A stretch of DNA of 63,243 nt, counting the filler. It is 4 parts of 4 records of this genome, joined end to end, with 100 filler letters (N's around TTAATTAATTAA, not from the genome) between each part and the next. Parts side by side here need not be neighbours in the genome. Positions count along the whole stretch, not along the records: positions 53,083 to 63,243 come from DRR378314_433; 3 more parts are not named here. One strand, given 5' to 3'. The first letter of the stretch is position 1; the number at the start of each line of letters is the position of its first letter. Shown here in pieces: positions 63,116 to 63,243 of this stretch. Below the pieces are notes generated by a model that saw only the letters and a list, made by a program, of their open reading frames with translations, searched no databases and was not told the origin of the DNA. A program made the translations under genes and the position numbers.

Positions 63116-63243
63116 ATGAATCAACTATCGACCATAGCTCCTAGCCGAGCTGCCTTGCCGCTACTGGATAGCGAGGTGCTACGCACCTTTGTGACGATTG
63201 CGGAGAGTGGCAGCTTCACCCGCGCCGCCCAACAGCTATTTCG
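63116..63243 (+). CDS. LysR-family transcriptional regulator, N-terminal fragment
   Basis: LDSEVLRTFVTIAESGSFTRAAQQLF HTH start; cut by the window end. Confidence 0.88.
   Translation, partial: MNQLSTIAPSRAALPLLDSEVLRTFVTIAESGSFTRAAQQLF

Overview
The window is four unrelated contigs joined by 100-nt artificial spacers (44 N + TTAATTAATTAA + 44 N at 10916-11015, 38599-38698, 52983-53082). Taxon calls are impressions from composition and protein style, not search results. (1) 1-10915 is AT-rich Flavobacteriaceae-like DNA: a tRNA fragment, folC-tonB-exbD-exbB, nhaD, an amino-acid dehydrogenase, anmK, an acyl-CoA dehydrogenase, a TruA paralogue and a porin-P-II-amt nitrogen operon. (2) 11016-38598 is Idiomarina-like Gammaproteobacteria: a tRNA-Met fragment, an SDR, fumC, a four-gene operon (cupredoxin, HAMP-GGDEF-EAL protein, DUF3034-like beta-barrel, exported truncated globin), then ychF-pth-rplY-prs-ispE-lolB, hemA-prfA-prmC-(orphan REC/degenerate HD-GYP)-sirB2-DUF819-kdsA-trkH, psrA-fadE, an S41 peptidase, nagZ, queC and queE. 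(3) 38699-52982 is an intron-rich eukaryote, where most of the ORF track is noise. By hand I reconstructed a 9-exon exosome subunit RRP42/EXOSC7, a 5-exon Zn(II)2Cys6-PAS transcription factor and the first two exons of a protein kinase. (4) 53083-63243 is Halomonas-like: partial mgtE, ybaN, a Fur-boxed haem uptake operon (hemP, receptor, hmuSTUV) divergent from a Pho-boxed phoX, a DUF1127-like protein and a partial LysR regulator. The best candidate for an uncharacterised system is the operon at 13456-17681, which looks like an envelope copper/haem redox or gas-sensing relay wired to c-di-GMP.
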